This document shows, one piece after another, positions 26,901 through 39,360 of a DNA stretch of 64,000 nt. Both the position numbers and the translations under genes were made by a program. A model generated the notes under the pieces. The model made no database searches. It saw only the letters and a program-made list of their open reading frames with translations, and was not told the DNA's origin. The DNA comes from Chiloscyllium plagiosum (taxonomy: Eukaryota), in contig NC_057718.1 in NCBI RefSeq assembly GCF_004010195.1, positions 98,965,794 through 99,029,793 of the forward strand. Direction: 5' to 3'. The first letter of the stretch is position 1; each line of letters starts with the position of its first letter.

Positions 26901-28882
26901 TTAAGGATGGGTGATGCACCGGTCGCACAGGGTAACTTCGCGATTCCGATTCGGATTTGGATTGTTTTGGTGCTACGGCTGATCAATGTTTGTTTGGAGT
27001 ATGCTGATTAATACTCCGTTCAAACCATGTGCGTCACATCTGGAAGAAATCTGATTCAACTTGTACTTTTGGATTAATGTTTCTTTTTACTCAGTTGCCT
27101 ATGAAGTAAAAACAAATTTTGAACAGGATTCATTTTTGTGAGCTTTAAACGTGATTCTTTGCCTTTCTTACAAGACTGAATTGTTTGGGTAATAAAGTAC
27201 TGATTCATGTTTCTTGCTATTGTGCTATTGGGGAGAGGTTGGTGACGTCAGCCGGTGTGGGAATTGAACCCATGCTGTTGGCATTAGTCTGCATTACAAT
27301 CCAACCTTCTAGTCAACTGATCCCCTGGACAAGGAGTATCCAGAATCAATCTTAAACATCTCCAGTGTCCATTCTTTGCTCTGATGCTAACTTATTCTGC
27401 GCAATCTAAATGAAAGTCTGTGTCTGGTACAAATCAAATGCAAATAATTTTTTAAAAACTCAAAACTTCCCTGATTTATGTTGTGTGTAGATTTTTTTTG
27501 TCATAGTGGCTCTACTTGACATTGGGTTTGGATGTGATGCTTATATAATAATCTCTCACTTCAAAATGGTTGTATTGCAACCTTTCAACTGATTCAGCAA
27601 TAGGTAATGTCTCAATAATTGGCTGATTTGGTGGCACAGTTGCTGTGATTTTACCAGGGATGCTGAATGGATGAAGCACAGCATTGCCTCGAGACAGCAG
27701 CCACAAATGTATCTACTCTAGACATGCTGCTACTGGACTCTTCCACTCTATGTCCTGTGGAACCAGAATGCTGGGTGATAATGAAGTCTGCAAATTTCTG
27801 CCTCCGGCTTCTCTCAATCTAATTATCCAGCATGTTGAAGCTGGAAGAAGGAGTTTCTTTATAGATTGGAGTCCAAGGCCTCAATAGCAGCAAGCTTAAT
27901 GTTTGTGAGCAATGCTCCCACTGTGCTTTGCATCACAAAGAGCTCTGCTGCTGTCGATGATGGAGTCTTCCAAATGCCTGACCAGATTTATGTTCAAGTG
28001 CCATCTTGTTAAATGTTTATTTAAAAACTGTCAAGTTTAGCTAACACAGAAGGGAACATATTACCCTGTTACTCCTCCAGCCCATTCTGTTTGTATTCAT
28101 TAACATAGGCTGACTTGCAATGAATCCTTAGGTTGCTTACTGTATTTCTCCCATGTTGTGAGAGGGCAGTGCTTGATAGCATTAAGTGTTCTGCCTGGCC
28201 TTATAGCTGTGCTGCATAAAATAAACTTCTATTATTTTCTAGATGTTCATCACAAAATTACCTACCAATTATAAGGGTGTATTTTGCAGCTAATCCTTTT
28301 GATCTCAATGTTTGAAATATTAAACTGTACTTTAGGCAGTTTTACTGGCTGCTTTTTTTGACCTCACTGATTTTTGGGAATTATTTATTCTGTCTGCTAT
28401 TTGTTCCCAAATTTGTTTGCAAACCTGCCAGACAATCAGGATAAAGATTTTAAAGATTCATATCAAATCATCCTGTTGTTCATACCTTTTGTACCAATGT
28501 TTCCACTGTCTAATTGTCAAAATAGCTCTGGTGTATTCTGGATGTCTGTAATTTACAAAAATCTTGCTAAGTAAATTCCATGCCCAGTCTTTCTGCAGTT
28601 GGAAGTTTTAAATGCCTTCTTAATACAGTTGCCAACTGTTGGGCCTCATTGTAGCTTCTACAGCTTTATTGATGAATCTGCTGTGCTGAAACAGTGTTGG
28701 GTTAATGGGCAGCAATAAATTTTTCCAGAAACCTTTAGTGAGCCACAATTAACTACCGGGTAGGACACCAACAGCCATCTCATAATTATCATATTAGACA
28801 CATTAGAGTCATGATCACAGTTTATTCATTTTTTTTTTGAGATTCCACAATGATAAATTACAATATTTTTTAAAATCAACTG

Positions 28883-29208
28883 GTGCTTTCAATTGGACTA
28901 TAATCTGGTGTTGCATGATTTTTAACTTTATACATCCCAGTCCAACACCAGCATCTCCAAATCATGAATTAAGATGGGCTGTGTGATCTTTATACTTTTA
29001 AGTTACATACTGTTCTGTTATAATTCTGTCAGTGTCATCTTACCTTTGAGACATGCTCATGACATAATCACTATAGAACAGTATGTAACTTAAAAGTATA
29101 AAGATCACACAGCCCATCTTAATTCATGATTTGGAGATGCTGGTGTTGGACTGGGATGTATAAAGTTAAAAATCATGCAACACCAGATTATAGTCCAATT
29201 GAAAGCAC
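28883..29208. repeat. Perfect inverted repeat, 134-bp arms (28883-29016 and 29075-29208), 58-bp spacer
   Basis: The arms are exact reverse complements when read base by base. Confidence 0.95.
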
Positions 29209-30856
29209 TAGCTTTCGGAGAGCTGTTCCTTCATCAGGTGGTTGTGGAGTACACCAGGTACATTGACGACATTTCTTCCTCTGAACCCGTGGCGAGGAGT
29301 CACTGAGAAAACTACACAGTGATATCAACAAGTTTCATCCCACCATCAAACTCACCATGGACTACTTTCTACTATCTGTCTCATTCTTGGACACGTGCAT
29401 CTCCATCAAGGATGGGCACCTCAGCACCTCACTCTACCGCAAACCCACGGTTAACCTCACAATGCTACACTTTTCCAGCTTCAACCCAAAACGTATTAAA
29501 ACAGTCATCCTGTATGGATAAGCCATATGCATACATAGGATCTGTTCAGATGAGGAGGAACGTGACGGGCACCTGGAAGTACTTGGAGAGGCCGTCATAA
29601 GAACGGGGTACGATCATCATCAACTCATCAACTGCCAGTTCTGACATGCCACAGCAAGGAACTGTAATGACCTCCTCAGGAGACAGACATGAGCTGCAAC
29701 CAACAGGTTGCCCTTCATTGTCCAGTACTTCCCAGGAGCTGCAAAACTATGCCGTGTTCTTCACTGCCTACAACACCTTATCAATGAGGATGAGCACCTC
29801 GCCAAAACCTTCCCCACAACGCCGCTTCTCACCTTTAAACAATCACCAAACCTCAAACAGATCATTGTTCGTAGCAAACTGCCCGGCTTTCAGGAGCACT
29901 CCATATAACCCTGCCAGGGTCGACACTGCAAGACGTGTCAGAGTGTCGACATGGATATCACCATTATGTGTGGGGACACCTCCCACCATGTGCGTGACAG
30001 GTACTCATGCGACTCAGTCAACATTGTCTATCTCATACGTTCAGGCAAGGATGCTCTGAGGCATGGTACATTGGGGAAACCGAGCAGAGGCTATGACAAT
30101 GGATGAATGGGCACCACACAATAATCAACAGACAGGAATGCTCCATTCCAGTTGGTGAACACTTCGGCGGTCTGGGACATTCGACCTCGGACCTTCGGGT
30201 AACCATCCTCCAAGGAGGACTTCAGGACAGGCAGCAGTGAAAAGTGGCCGAGCAGAGGCTGATAGTTAACTTCAGTACCCATAGGGATGGCCTCAACCAG
30301 AACCTTGGGTTCATGTCACATTACAGGTGACCCCATTGCACTATACACACAGACACTCATGTGCACACACACATTTGTATATGCACGCGCACACGCACTC
30401 CTTTATATATATACACACGCGCACACACAAACTCCCACAGAGTTACATTGTACTTGGTCAAAAAGTGCACGAATCCATGTAAGATTCTGTTAATTCATTT
30501 TTTAGATTAGAATCAGTCTAAACATTATGGCGCACACAGGTGCTAATACCTAAGACAATTGGGCTAACACCAATTGTTAAAGTTCACTTGAGAATGTAAC
30601 TTTTTTTTTAAAAGTTTTGTGATTTACATATGAAAGAAATGAAACTAACATGGTCATTCTAACAGATGAGAGATTTAGCAAACAATCAAGGTATGTTTCG
30701 ATGTATAATTTTAGTTACATCACACTGTAAACTTTTGCTATAAATTCTATGTCTTACAATCATGTATTCCATAACCACATGATGAAGGAGCAGTGCTCCG
30801 AAAGCCAGTGCTTCCAATTAAATCTGTTGCACTATAATCTGGTATTGTGTGATTTT
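29127..30856 (+). mobile_element. Penelope-like retroelement (family B): inverted 5' pLTR, RT/GIY-YIG remnant and 3' pLTR, 12-bp TSD
   Basis: TSD CATCTTAATTCA at 29115-29126 and 30857-30868. Translation gives RYIDD, INKFHPTIKLTM, SFLD..I..KDG.LSTSLYRKPT, NIVYLI..WYIGET.QRL..PVGEHF..DGLN, with stops and frameshifts. Confidence 0.92.
29206..29240 (-). ncRNA. Minimal hammerhead ribozyme motif with intact core (PLE-associated type)
   Basis: The minus strand reads CAC-CUGAUGA-A-GGA-ACAGCUC-UCC-GAAA-GCUA-GUG: conserved core, stem I CAC/GUG, palindromic AGCU in place of stem III. Activity not shown. Confidence 0.65.
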
Positions 30857-31442
30857 CATCTTAATTCAGATTACCTGTGGCATGACAGGTTATTGACGCA
30901 TGCTTTCAGTTGTAATCTAATAGTTAAAATGTTAGCGCAGGCACTGAGAGTGGCTGAGAGTGTAATGTTTGTGTATAATAGTGGCCATAATGAATGTCTG
31001 TTGAATTCTTCAATAGCATTCTGTCAACATTTAGTTTGTTATGTTTTGAGGGACAACATAAGTATTGCTACATGAGGTGCAATATCCCTATGGAAACAAA
31101 GCCCACAGCAAGTTCTTTTCTGTTATTTTTCTCCGTCCTCTTTTACTTCATAACTTTCTGTTCCTTTCCTTGAAATTATATACATTTTCTTTTTAAAATC
31201 TTTCAGGTCCTATACATAATTGAATGAAAGCTGTAAACCAATGCTATGTTGGATTAAAACAAATCTGCTCATCTTCAAAGACACATTATTTTAATTATAG
31301 TGATTCTGAAATTTGCAAATTGACAATTGTCTAACTTTCACTATGTGGACTTTGGTGACTATGATGTTATCCTATAATTGGCAAGCAAATTATGCCGGTG
31401 CTAACAGCAAAATTAAGAAGTGTCTGTCATTAGTGTTCTTAG

Positions 31443-32147
31443 TGTTATGAAGTTGAAGGTGTATACTGTACCTTTAAGAGAGAGTGAAGACTGTTTTGGC
31501 AGTGAGACTTTGCAGGCAGCTGTCATGTGACTGGCTAGCAGTCTCAGTGTATTGGAAAATTGAAAATATGTAACATTTGGCTGTAAACTAGATACCTCAG
31601 TTGCTTTGACCACCATTTGAACATAACCAATCAGTGTAAATTATGCCCCAGGATAATGAGATGATCTGATGTTTGGGATATAAAGTAGCTGGTGGTTTGA
31701 GAGTTAGCCAGAGAGAGAGAATGGCAAACTGCCATCTAGAGAGAGACTGCTATCCAAAACACCTTCTATCAAAGGTACCTTTTTCATATGAAACATCTTT
31801 GCAACAAAAGACCAAAGATTACCCAGGGAGATCTATAGCCAGAGGATGACAGCCACTGTCTGGTTTTGAAAATTAAGTTGCTGTAATTTTATTCGGGGCT
31901 TTTATTGGATCAGTATATTATTATAGAGTTGGAGGTAGATAACAGACCTTTGAGAGAAAGGAGACTGAGAGTTTGTAAATAGTTGTTATTTAATGTTCAC
32001 TTTTAAAGTTAAAAAATAAAATTGATATCTTTCTTTAAATCGTGGAGTTCGGGTAGTTTTCTGTCACTCATACTTTAACGGATTACAAGGTGAGGTGAGG
32101 GTGTGTTTGGTTTAATTAGCAGAAAGGTTCACTGCAGTGTCGTAACA
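31443..32147 (+). mobile_element. Solo LTR (705 bp) with 4-bp TSD
   Basis: Termini TGTTATGA...TCGTAACA (inverted, TG..CA). TTAG duplicated at 31439-31442 and 32148-32151. CCAAT (~31627), TATAAA (~31679) and AATAAA (~32015) occur in LTR order. Confidence 0.82.
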
Positions 32148-33019
32148 TTAGTATCAATTCAAAGTTATTACCATTCCAGAGGTTACAGACATCCTGTTCC
32201 TTATTCCAAGCTTGTTTCCAATTTGAGATATCTAGCAAAAAACCAAAGTCCACAATACAGATCATTCCCAAGGACTAAATGACAAAAAAAAATTTAAGTT
32301 GGAAAGTCAAATTGGGTTTTATCAAGCATATGTTTAAAAGCTTAAAGATTACATCAAGAAGAAAGGACAGTGGAAGGGAAAGTAGGCCATTGTTTTAAGG
32401 CAGCAAGAAAGAAGTATTTCAGGTAGAAGATGGATGTTGCATTAAGTCTTGATGGCAAGAAGGAAGCCCGTGTGGGGCAGCATGATTACAGCTTAGGACA
32501 AATGATTTCAAGGCTCAGATTCGAGGTTCAAGATGTTAGAGGCTAGGAAGACTGCAAGGTAAGAGTGATTAAGATAATTATTATTCTACCGCATGTCAGA
32601 GTTGTCACCAGACGTTTAAGGTATCAAGCATTATGTGCTGTTGTCGAGAGCACAGCATGGTGTGTTTTAAATGCAGTTTGTTGAGGCCAATGACCCCCGA
32701 TGCAATAAAGTTTTACCATTTCTTGATTTAACAGATAAAACACACCAACACCTCTATAAAGTTTCAAGGTGGAAGGAAAATATTGTAAGTAGTAGTCCAA
32801 ATATGTTGTAAATCCAATAAGTGCAGCTTTTGGAAAGAGAGAGTTAGAGAAATTTTACTGAAACTACCCTGACAATAATTGTCCCACTGAAGGAGATAAT
32901 GTACAATAGACTTGAACTGACCTGAAGTTCCAAGTGTTTTGTTATTAATGGATCAAGGAAAGTTGAGGAAGAACGTAAAAGGAGGAACAAATTATATAAC
33001 AACTTTCACTGTTGTAAAA

Positions 33020-33310
33020 TGTTGTATATTTTCCAGCTATTACTTTTGAAATGCAGCAGTTAGTTTATACACAGAAAGCTGCCATAATTAAAGAAATAAA
33101 TAAGTAATTACCCTTGTTTCAGATGTTAATCAAAGAATAAATATCAAGGATTATTCTCCTGCTCTCTTTCATCCACCTGGAAAAGCAACCAGAGCCTTGG
33201 TTTAACTTCTCAGCCAAAAGACACCGCCTCTTACTACAGTGCTGGCTTAGACTGCAGCCTAAACCATGTGCTCATTGTCTGTAGTGAGCATTGAACCCGC
33301 AACGTTTTGA
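33020..33310 (-). mobile_element. Degenerate DeuSINE-like SINE
   Basis: ATTGAACCC B-box on the plus strand near 33290 and a central CTCCTGCTCT..CATCCACCTG..GGTTTAAC motif. Confidence 0.45.
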
Positions 33311-34183
33311 CTTACAGCTAGTAGTTTGAAAGAAGGCTGAAACTTTGAAATTCATGAGAGAAGGGATTTAGTTCTAGCAGAGCATTGTGATAATTCAAGG
33401 TTTAATTTGAAAATGGTAGTGTAAATTTTGACACAACATGGCATCTGTATTTTTGAAATCAAACATTTGCTGGTAGTCTGGTAACTACAACCTCAGGGAA
33501 AATATTAGCGTTTTGTAAATTGGACTGTTGTTCATTTTATTTTCAAATTTGTTCAGAATAATTGAGCAGAATTATATGAGGCACCCGAGAACTTAAGCAG
33601 GTAGACCTCTATGTTAGGGTGCTATGCCATCGGTGGTATCCCTACTGCTGACTGGCACCATCCCTAGCCCCACTGTGATTTTATAAGCGGTGGGGATGTG
33701 TGTTGGGTGGGGTTACCCACCCATGGCCTTTTATAGGCTCTTTTAAGTGCACACCTAATGTGCAAGTAAGGCCATTATTCTGCCTCTGCTTTGACTTATT
33801 TGGGGGTGGTGGTGCTTGGGAGAAATTGATGCTCAACCTGCAACCCTGCAGGCTTAACCATGCATGCTGGTGGCAACTTGGGACTGGAGGTGACTCTTGC
33901 CGAGACCCAGGTGTGAACTGGGTACCTTCTCTGACAGTGTTGCCTCTCCATGTCCACTTGCCTTCACTGCCCAGTCCAATGTGCTCCCACCCCAGTCACT
34001 AGGGCCTTCTAGCCTGGCCCCAACAAGCCCCTGGATATATCTGACTGTCCTGGTACACAGGGGCAGTCTCACCTCTGACACTTAAATCAGAGTGGGGCTG
34101 TTAGCTCTCAGCATTTAATCTATTTGATTTCAAGTCTGTAGAAAATTTGCTAAATAAAAGTTTGTCAATGCTGATCTGCAAAG

Positions 34184-34260
34184 TATCAAAATTAGACAAT
34201 AATTTCAATTGTTAAAATTAAATTACAACCTTCAATTGAAATTATTGTCTAATTTTGATA
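34184..34260. repeat. Perfect inverted repeat, 28-bp arms, 21-nt loop
   Basis: TATCAAAATTAGACAATAATTTCAATTG (34184-34211) and CAATTGAAATTATTGTCTAATTTTGATA (34233-34260). Confidence 0.92.
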
Positions 34261-34804
34261 AATTATTGATGGTGGATTTTTATTTTCAATTACATTTTAC
34301 TTTTAGTTTTAATTGAACAATTATATGCAGTCATTGAAGTCTTAATTGGCTCTCCATTACCTTAATGATGCTGGACACCTCAATAGCAATATTATTCCTG
34401 ACTACACATGTTTTTAGAAGTATTCATGATAGAATATAAATCGAATGTTATGTTTTCATCTTTAATATTTTAGGAGGAAATAGTCCAAGCCTTTTAACGT
34501 GAAAATGGTGCACTGATAAGGCAAGGAGACAATGCATTAATGCTTTTACTCTGCAAAGAGTTCCCAGTTGTAATGGCATTGCTGTAGGAGGTGATGAATG
34601 AAGGGAAAATAGCAACGTGGAAAGAAATGGCTGAAGTTATTGTTGGAATATTTCTTCTTGTTGCTTCAGAGTAATAATGTAATTTACTTGGGCACAGGTC
34701 ACATTTCCATGTATCCAATTGCAGGTTGTGCAAAGCTTGGGAATATAAAAAGGAAACTAAAATGAAATAAGATAATACTAGATTACCGACATCCTAAGCT
34801 CTAG

Positions 34805-35620
34805 TAGCAGATGTAGGCTATTCGCCCCATCAAGTTGCCTCTTCCATTTATTGAGATCATGGCTGATGTTACCCTACAACCCTTGTTTACCTTCAGATTA
34901 AAAATCTGTCTATCTTGGCTTTGAATATACTCAACCTTGGAACCCCTCTATAATAAAGAATTTCATAGATTCATTATCCTGAGAGATGAAATTCTCTCTC
35001 CTCTCATTTTTAGATGAGCACCCCTTATTCTGAGATTATGCCCCTTGGTCCTAGACTCTCCCATAAGTGGGCCACCTCTCCGTATCTACCCTGTTAAACC
35101 TTTAATAATCTTGTATGTTTCATTAAGGTCGCCTTCCATTCTTCTGAACTCTGGTAAAAAAATCACTCCACTCGGAATGACCCTAATAGCCTCCTCTTCA
35201 CTGCCTCCAATGCCACTCTTTTCTTTCTTGGGTAAGGGAACCTGAACTGTTCACACCACTCTACCTGAGGTCTGACTAGTGCCCTCTATGTTTTTGAAAA
35301 TACTGCCCTATTTTTAATGTTCCATTCTCTTTGAAGTAAAGGGTGACGGTTCATTTGCATTCCCTATTACCTGCTGAGGAGAAAGTGAGGACTGCAGATG
35401 CTGGAGATCAGAGCTGAAAATGTGTTGCTGGAAAAGCGCAGCAGGTCAGGCAGCATCCAAGGAATAGGAGAATCAACGTTTCGGGCACGCTTTTCCAGCA
35501 ACACATTTTCAGCTCTGACCTCTAGCATCTGCAGTCCTCACTTTTTCCTTTTGTGATTCATGTACAAGGACCTCCAGGTTCCTCCAAACTACTGCTTTCT
35601 GCAGTTTTGTTGCATTAAAA
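34805..35620 (-). mobile_element. Degenerate CR1 3' region interrupted by a family A element
   Basis: GAGATCATGGCTGAT tail and RT-like remnants on both sides of 35376-35549. Confidence 0.6.
35376..35549. mobile_element. Fold-back family A pLTR element with deleted centre
   Basis: GAAAGTGAGGACTGCAGATGCTGGAGATCAGAGCTGAAAATGTGTTGCTGGAAAAGCG and its near-exact reverse complement at the 3' end. Confidence 0.85.
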
Positions 35621-35959
35621 TAATAATCAATTCTTATATTGATTTAACACAAATCTGCTGGGAATAATGCTGATCAGGAATTTGGTCATTGATATCAGCA
35701 GACTTAATAGAGTTTCTGGTCTTCATGCCTGAAATCCTGACGTACGTTAAACTCCTTGCCCGGTGCATGAGGTCAGAAAATCAATTTTGTTTTTTTTCTC
35801 TCCATCTGAAAGACTCAAAAAGAAAATTTGAAGAGTAAAAGTCAAATTTGAAATTCTGCATTTTTAGGATTTCTCTCAGGTAAAATTAGTATCAACTAAG
35901 AACAAAGAATTTGAATAATTTTAAAATGTAATTATATTGATTTTTAATTTTTTTTGTAG

Positions 35960-36092
35960 GAGGTTAGTGCACTTGTCAAGGAAGATGTTGATTTTAAGAT
36001 AAAACAGTACCTTGAAATGAGAAAACAGCGTGGTAACGTGCAATCTAAACTAAACAAAGAATTGACACCCAGTAACCCGCTGTGTCGTAAAG
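35960..36092 (+). CDS. SLX4IP: SLX4IP coding exon 3 (133 nt): EVSALVKEDVDFKIKQYLEMRKQRGNVQSKLNKELTPSNPLCRK(G)
   Basis: Acceptor TTTTTTTTGTAG, donor AAAG|GTAAGA, open frame. Resembles recalled human [23 protein letters not shown]...SNPLSLKG. Confidence 0.93.
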
Positions 36093-36596
36093 GTAAGAAA
36101 TTCTTTAAATGTGTGATAATGAGACTAAAATCTACTGTGAAATCATTGAAATATATGCAGCATTAAAATGTTGAACAAATGAGGGAGAGATGTAGATTTT
36201 GAGTGAACATATTAGCCAATGATAGAGATTTGGCTAAAGGTTGGAGCAATATATTCTAGGTTATGACAGCAACAACTACTGCATTTATATAGCACCTTTA
36301 ATATACAAACACAAAGGCAATTCACAGTAGCATTGTCAAATTTAAATTAAGATTAAGCCACATAAGCCATATGAGCACAGAGGACCCAAAATCTTGATCT
36401 TTGAGGTATGTTTTTAAGGAGGAGAGAGAGAAAAATGTTTAATGAGGAATTTACAGAGCTTTAAGACTCTGGTCATTGAGGGTATAGCTGCCATCTCTTC
36501 CACTTCCATTGTCACCCCATTGTTATTCTCATCCACTCTTGAATATATCCACCGAATATGATTCATAGATCTGCGGGATAGATTATCTGTACCTGA

Positions 36597-36779
36597 TGTG
36601 GAGTGCCAATGTTGGACTGAGGCAGACAAAGTCAACAATCACACGATGTCAGGTTGTAGCCCAACAGGCTTATTTGAAACCGCAAGCTTTTGGAGTCCCC
36701 ACTCCTTCCTCAGGCAGCTAGCTTGCAGTTTCAAATAAATGCGTTGGACTATAACCTGGTGCCTTGTGATTTTTTACTC
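36597..36779. mobile_element. Fold-back family B pLTR element with imperfect 13-bp TSD
   Basis: TATCTGTACCTGA (36584-36596) and TATCTATCCCTGA (36780-36792). Inverted arms homologous to 29127-29250. Confidence 0.75.
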
Positions 36780-37109
36780 TATCTATCCCTGAACATGAAG
36801 CACTCTTCTGCAAAACACAATACTGTACAGTGGAGACTTTTTCTCTTGCAATGCATTCACTGACTGGTTTAACCAATCAAATATTTATTTACAACAAACT
36901 TATTGATAAGTGTTTTGGTATAGAGGAGCAATGTTAATTCAGAACTTGATAATAGTCAATGGTCCTCAATGGTGTAGTGATTATTCCATTCTAAAATACA
37001 AGTCCACATTTTGCATACTACTTTATTCTCTGAAAATAATGATCTCAGTTCAAATTCGTGCAATTTATTACTTTATTCTGGAAAAGTAATTTTAAGATTT
37101 ATGAGGTCA

Positions 37110-37575
37110 ATTCCCGGAATGGCGGGACTATCTTACGCTAAAAAGGTTGGAGAGACTGGGCTTGTATGCACTTGAGTTTAGAAGGCTGAGAGGGAATATG
37201 ATTAAGACGTATAAGATTATAAAAGGTTTGGACACTCTGGAGGCAGGAAGCATGTTTCTGCTGATGGGTGAGTCCCGAACCAGAGGACACAGTTTAAAAA
37301 TAAGGGGTAGGCCACTTGGAACAGAGTTGAGGAGAAAATTCTTCACCCAGAGAGTGGTGGGTGTATGGAATGCTCTGCCCCAGAAGGCTGTGGAGGCCAA
37401 GTCTCTGGATACTTTCAAGAAAGAGTTGGCTAGAAGCTCTTAAGGATAGTGGAATCAAGGATTATGGGGATAAGGCAGGTACAGGATACTGATTGAGGAT
37501 GATCAGCCATGATCATAATGAATGGTGGTCCTGGCTCGAAGGGCAGAATGGCCTACTCCTGCACCTATTGTCTAT
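37110..37575 (+). mobile_element. CR1 LINE 3' end
   Basis: RLGLYALEFRRLRGNMIKTYKI...RTRGHSLK...FFTQRVVGVWNALP followed by a CR1 tail. Confidence 0.88.
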
Positions 37576-37599
37576 AAGATGTGGTAGAACTGCTGTAGG

Positions 37600-38350
37600 A
37601 TTGCAACTCATAACATTTTCTCGATGTCATGTCCATTTGTCTGATTCCAAGTATATATTGGTAATGCCCAGTTCTACCTCTACCACCGCTTCAGTCAACT
37701 CATTTACTGTCTCTGATTTTCCACTCCACTTGGAGAAGTAGAAGTTTGTTCCATTTAACTATTGCAAATACTGAAACCAGTAGTTTCTGTGTCCATCACA
37801 AGCTGTGTTGTCTAGCTATTGACTCCATCGTCTTTCCTTGTCACTGTCATGAGCCTGAATCAACTGTTGGAATTTTGCACCATGCTTAATCCCAAGCCAG
37901 GCCTCTGATCTCATAAACTGTCCTTCACCAAGATTGTATGTTTCCACCTGTGCAATATTGCTCAACTCTGTCCCTGCTGCAGCACATTTATTGCTGAGAC
38001 CATATCCATTCCTTCTTTAACTTCTGTCTTAGCTATTCTAACGTTCCCTTAGCCCACCTTACATCAACCACCCTCGTACTCTTGAAATTTCAAAATCTCG
38101 CACCTGTATCATAACATGCAGCTATCCCAATCTAACACCATTCCAGTGCTCGCTGATCCATGCTGACTTTTAATGCAGCAATGCCTCAATTTGCAAGTGT
38201 TTATCTTTGTGTTAAAATCGCTCCAAGTCTTTTCCCCTCTTTGCCTTTGTTACCCCCTTCAGCCCTAGGGTTCTCTGCATTTCTCCAACTCATCTAACCT
38301 GGCCTCTTGCCCATTCCCAATTTTCAGTGCTTCACCATTGACAAATTTGC
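37600..38350 (+). mobile_element. Degenerate L2 LINE 3' region
   Basis: L2-like codon remnants (FHLCNIAQL.P, AETI.H, L.YSN..LA). Similar to 14500-14630 plus 16425-16640, and to 63550-63850 in reverse. Confidence 0.55.
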
Positions 38351-39360
38351 CTCATCATACAATCATGTAATATCAGAGCAAAAGTAGACCATGCAGCCCC
38401 CTGTCTGTCATTAACATTAGATCATGGCTGATCTGTTTGTGTTTCAAATTGTACATTTTCATTTGCCTATATAACCCTTAATTCCCCAGCCTAGCAAGAA
38501 TCTGTCATCCTCATCTTAAAATATTCAATGACCCACACGTGCACCCTCTTCTGAAACAGAGGGTTCCAAAGTCACACAACCATCTGAGTTCATAATAATC
38601 CTTTTCTTCTCTGTCCCAAAAGGGTGACCCCTTATTTTATAGCAATGACTCCTAATCTGGACTGGCCCACAAGAGAAAACATCCTTTCCATCTCCACCTT
38701 GTCGATACTATTCAGAGACAGCAGCATAAGTTGATTATTAAAACCTATACCTTTTACCAAGTTATTTAATGACATGCCCTGTGTGGCTTTGTGAGCAAGT
38801 TTATTTTTTGTAGATACTCCTGTGAAATGTCTTCAAATGCTTTTGCTATATTGTCGAAATGCCAGTTCTTCTTGTTATCATGAGGCCAAGTGTCAGTCTG
38901 GAAAGCAATTAATATATTTTTATTTTGCTAGGTACTGGAGGAAAGTTAGTTTGTACTTTTAATTACATCTCTTAAAGTGTAGATATTATTTCCTTTGGGA
39001 ATTTGGCAAATTAAAACAAAAACACTTAAACAAAATAAGCAACAGTTTGTTCTTTGCATAATAGAATTGCAGCATGTTCACTCCACCCACATAAATTCCC
39101 TCCAGATCAGAAATTAACGTGGGTGGCCCACTTTTCAAGCTGCTATGTCTGTTCAGATGTGACTAATATGCAATAGAGCCAAGGCACAACAGGACCTACA
39201 CAATGCAAAAGTGAAAATCATCAACTTTGCACTGTTTAGGAAAGCTCTGGCACTCCATGACATCAGAGTGGCTGTACATTCATCACAGAATCCTATCCCT
39301 GAGCTTACTGACTCTAATCCACATATGTCCCTTTGTTTCACTGTCTGTGACAACTATGAT

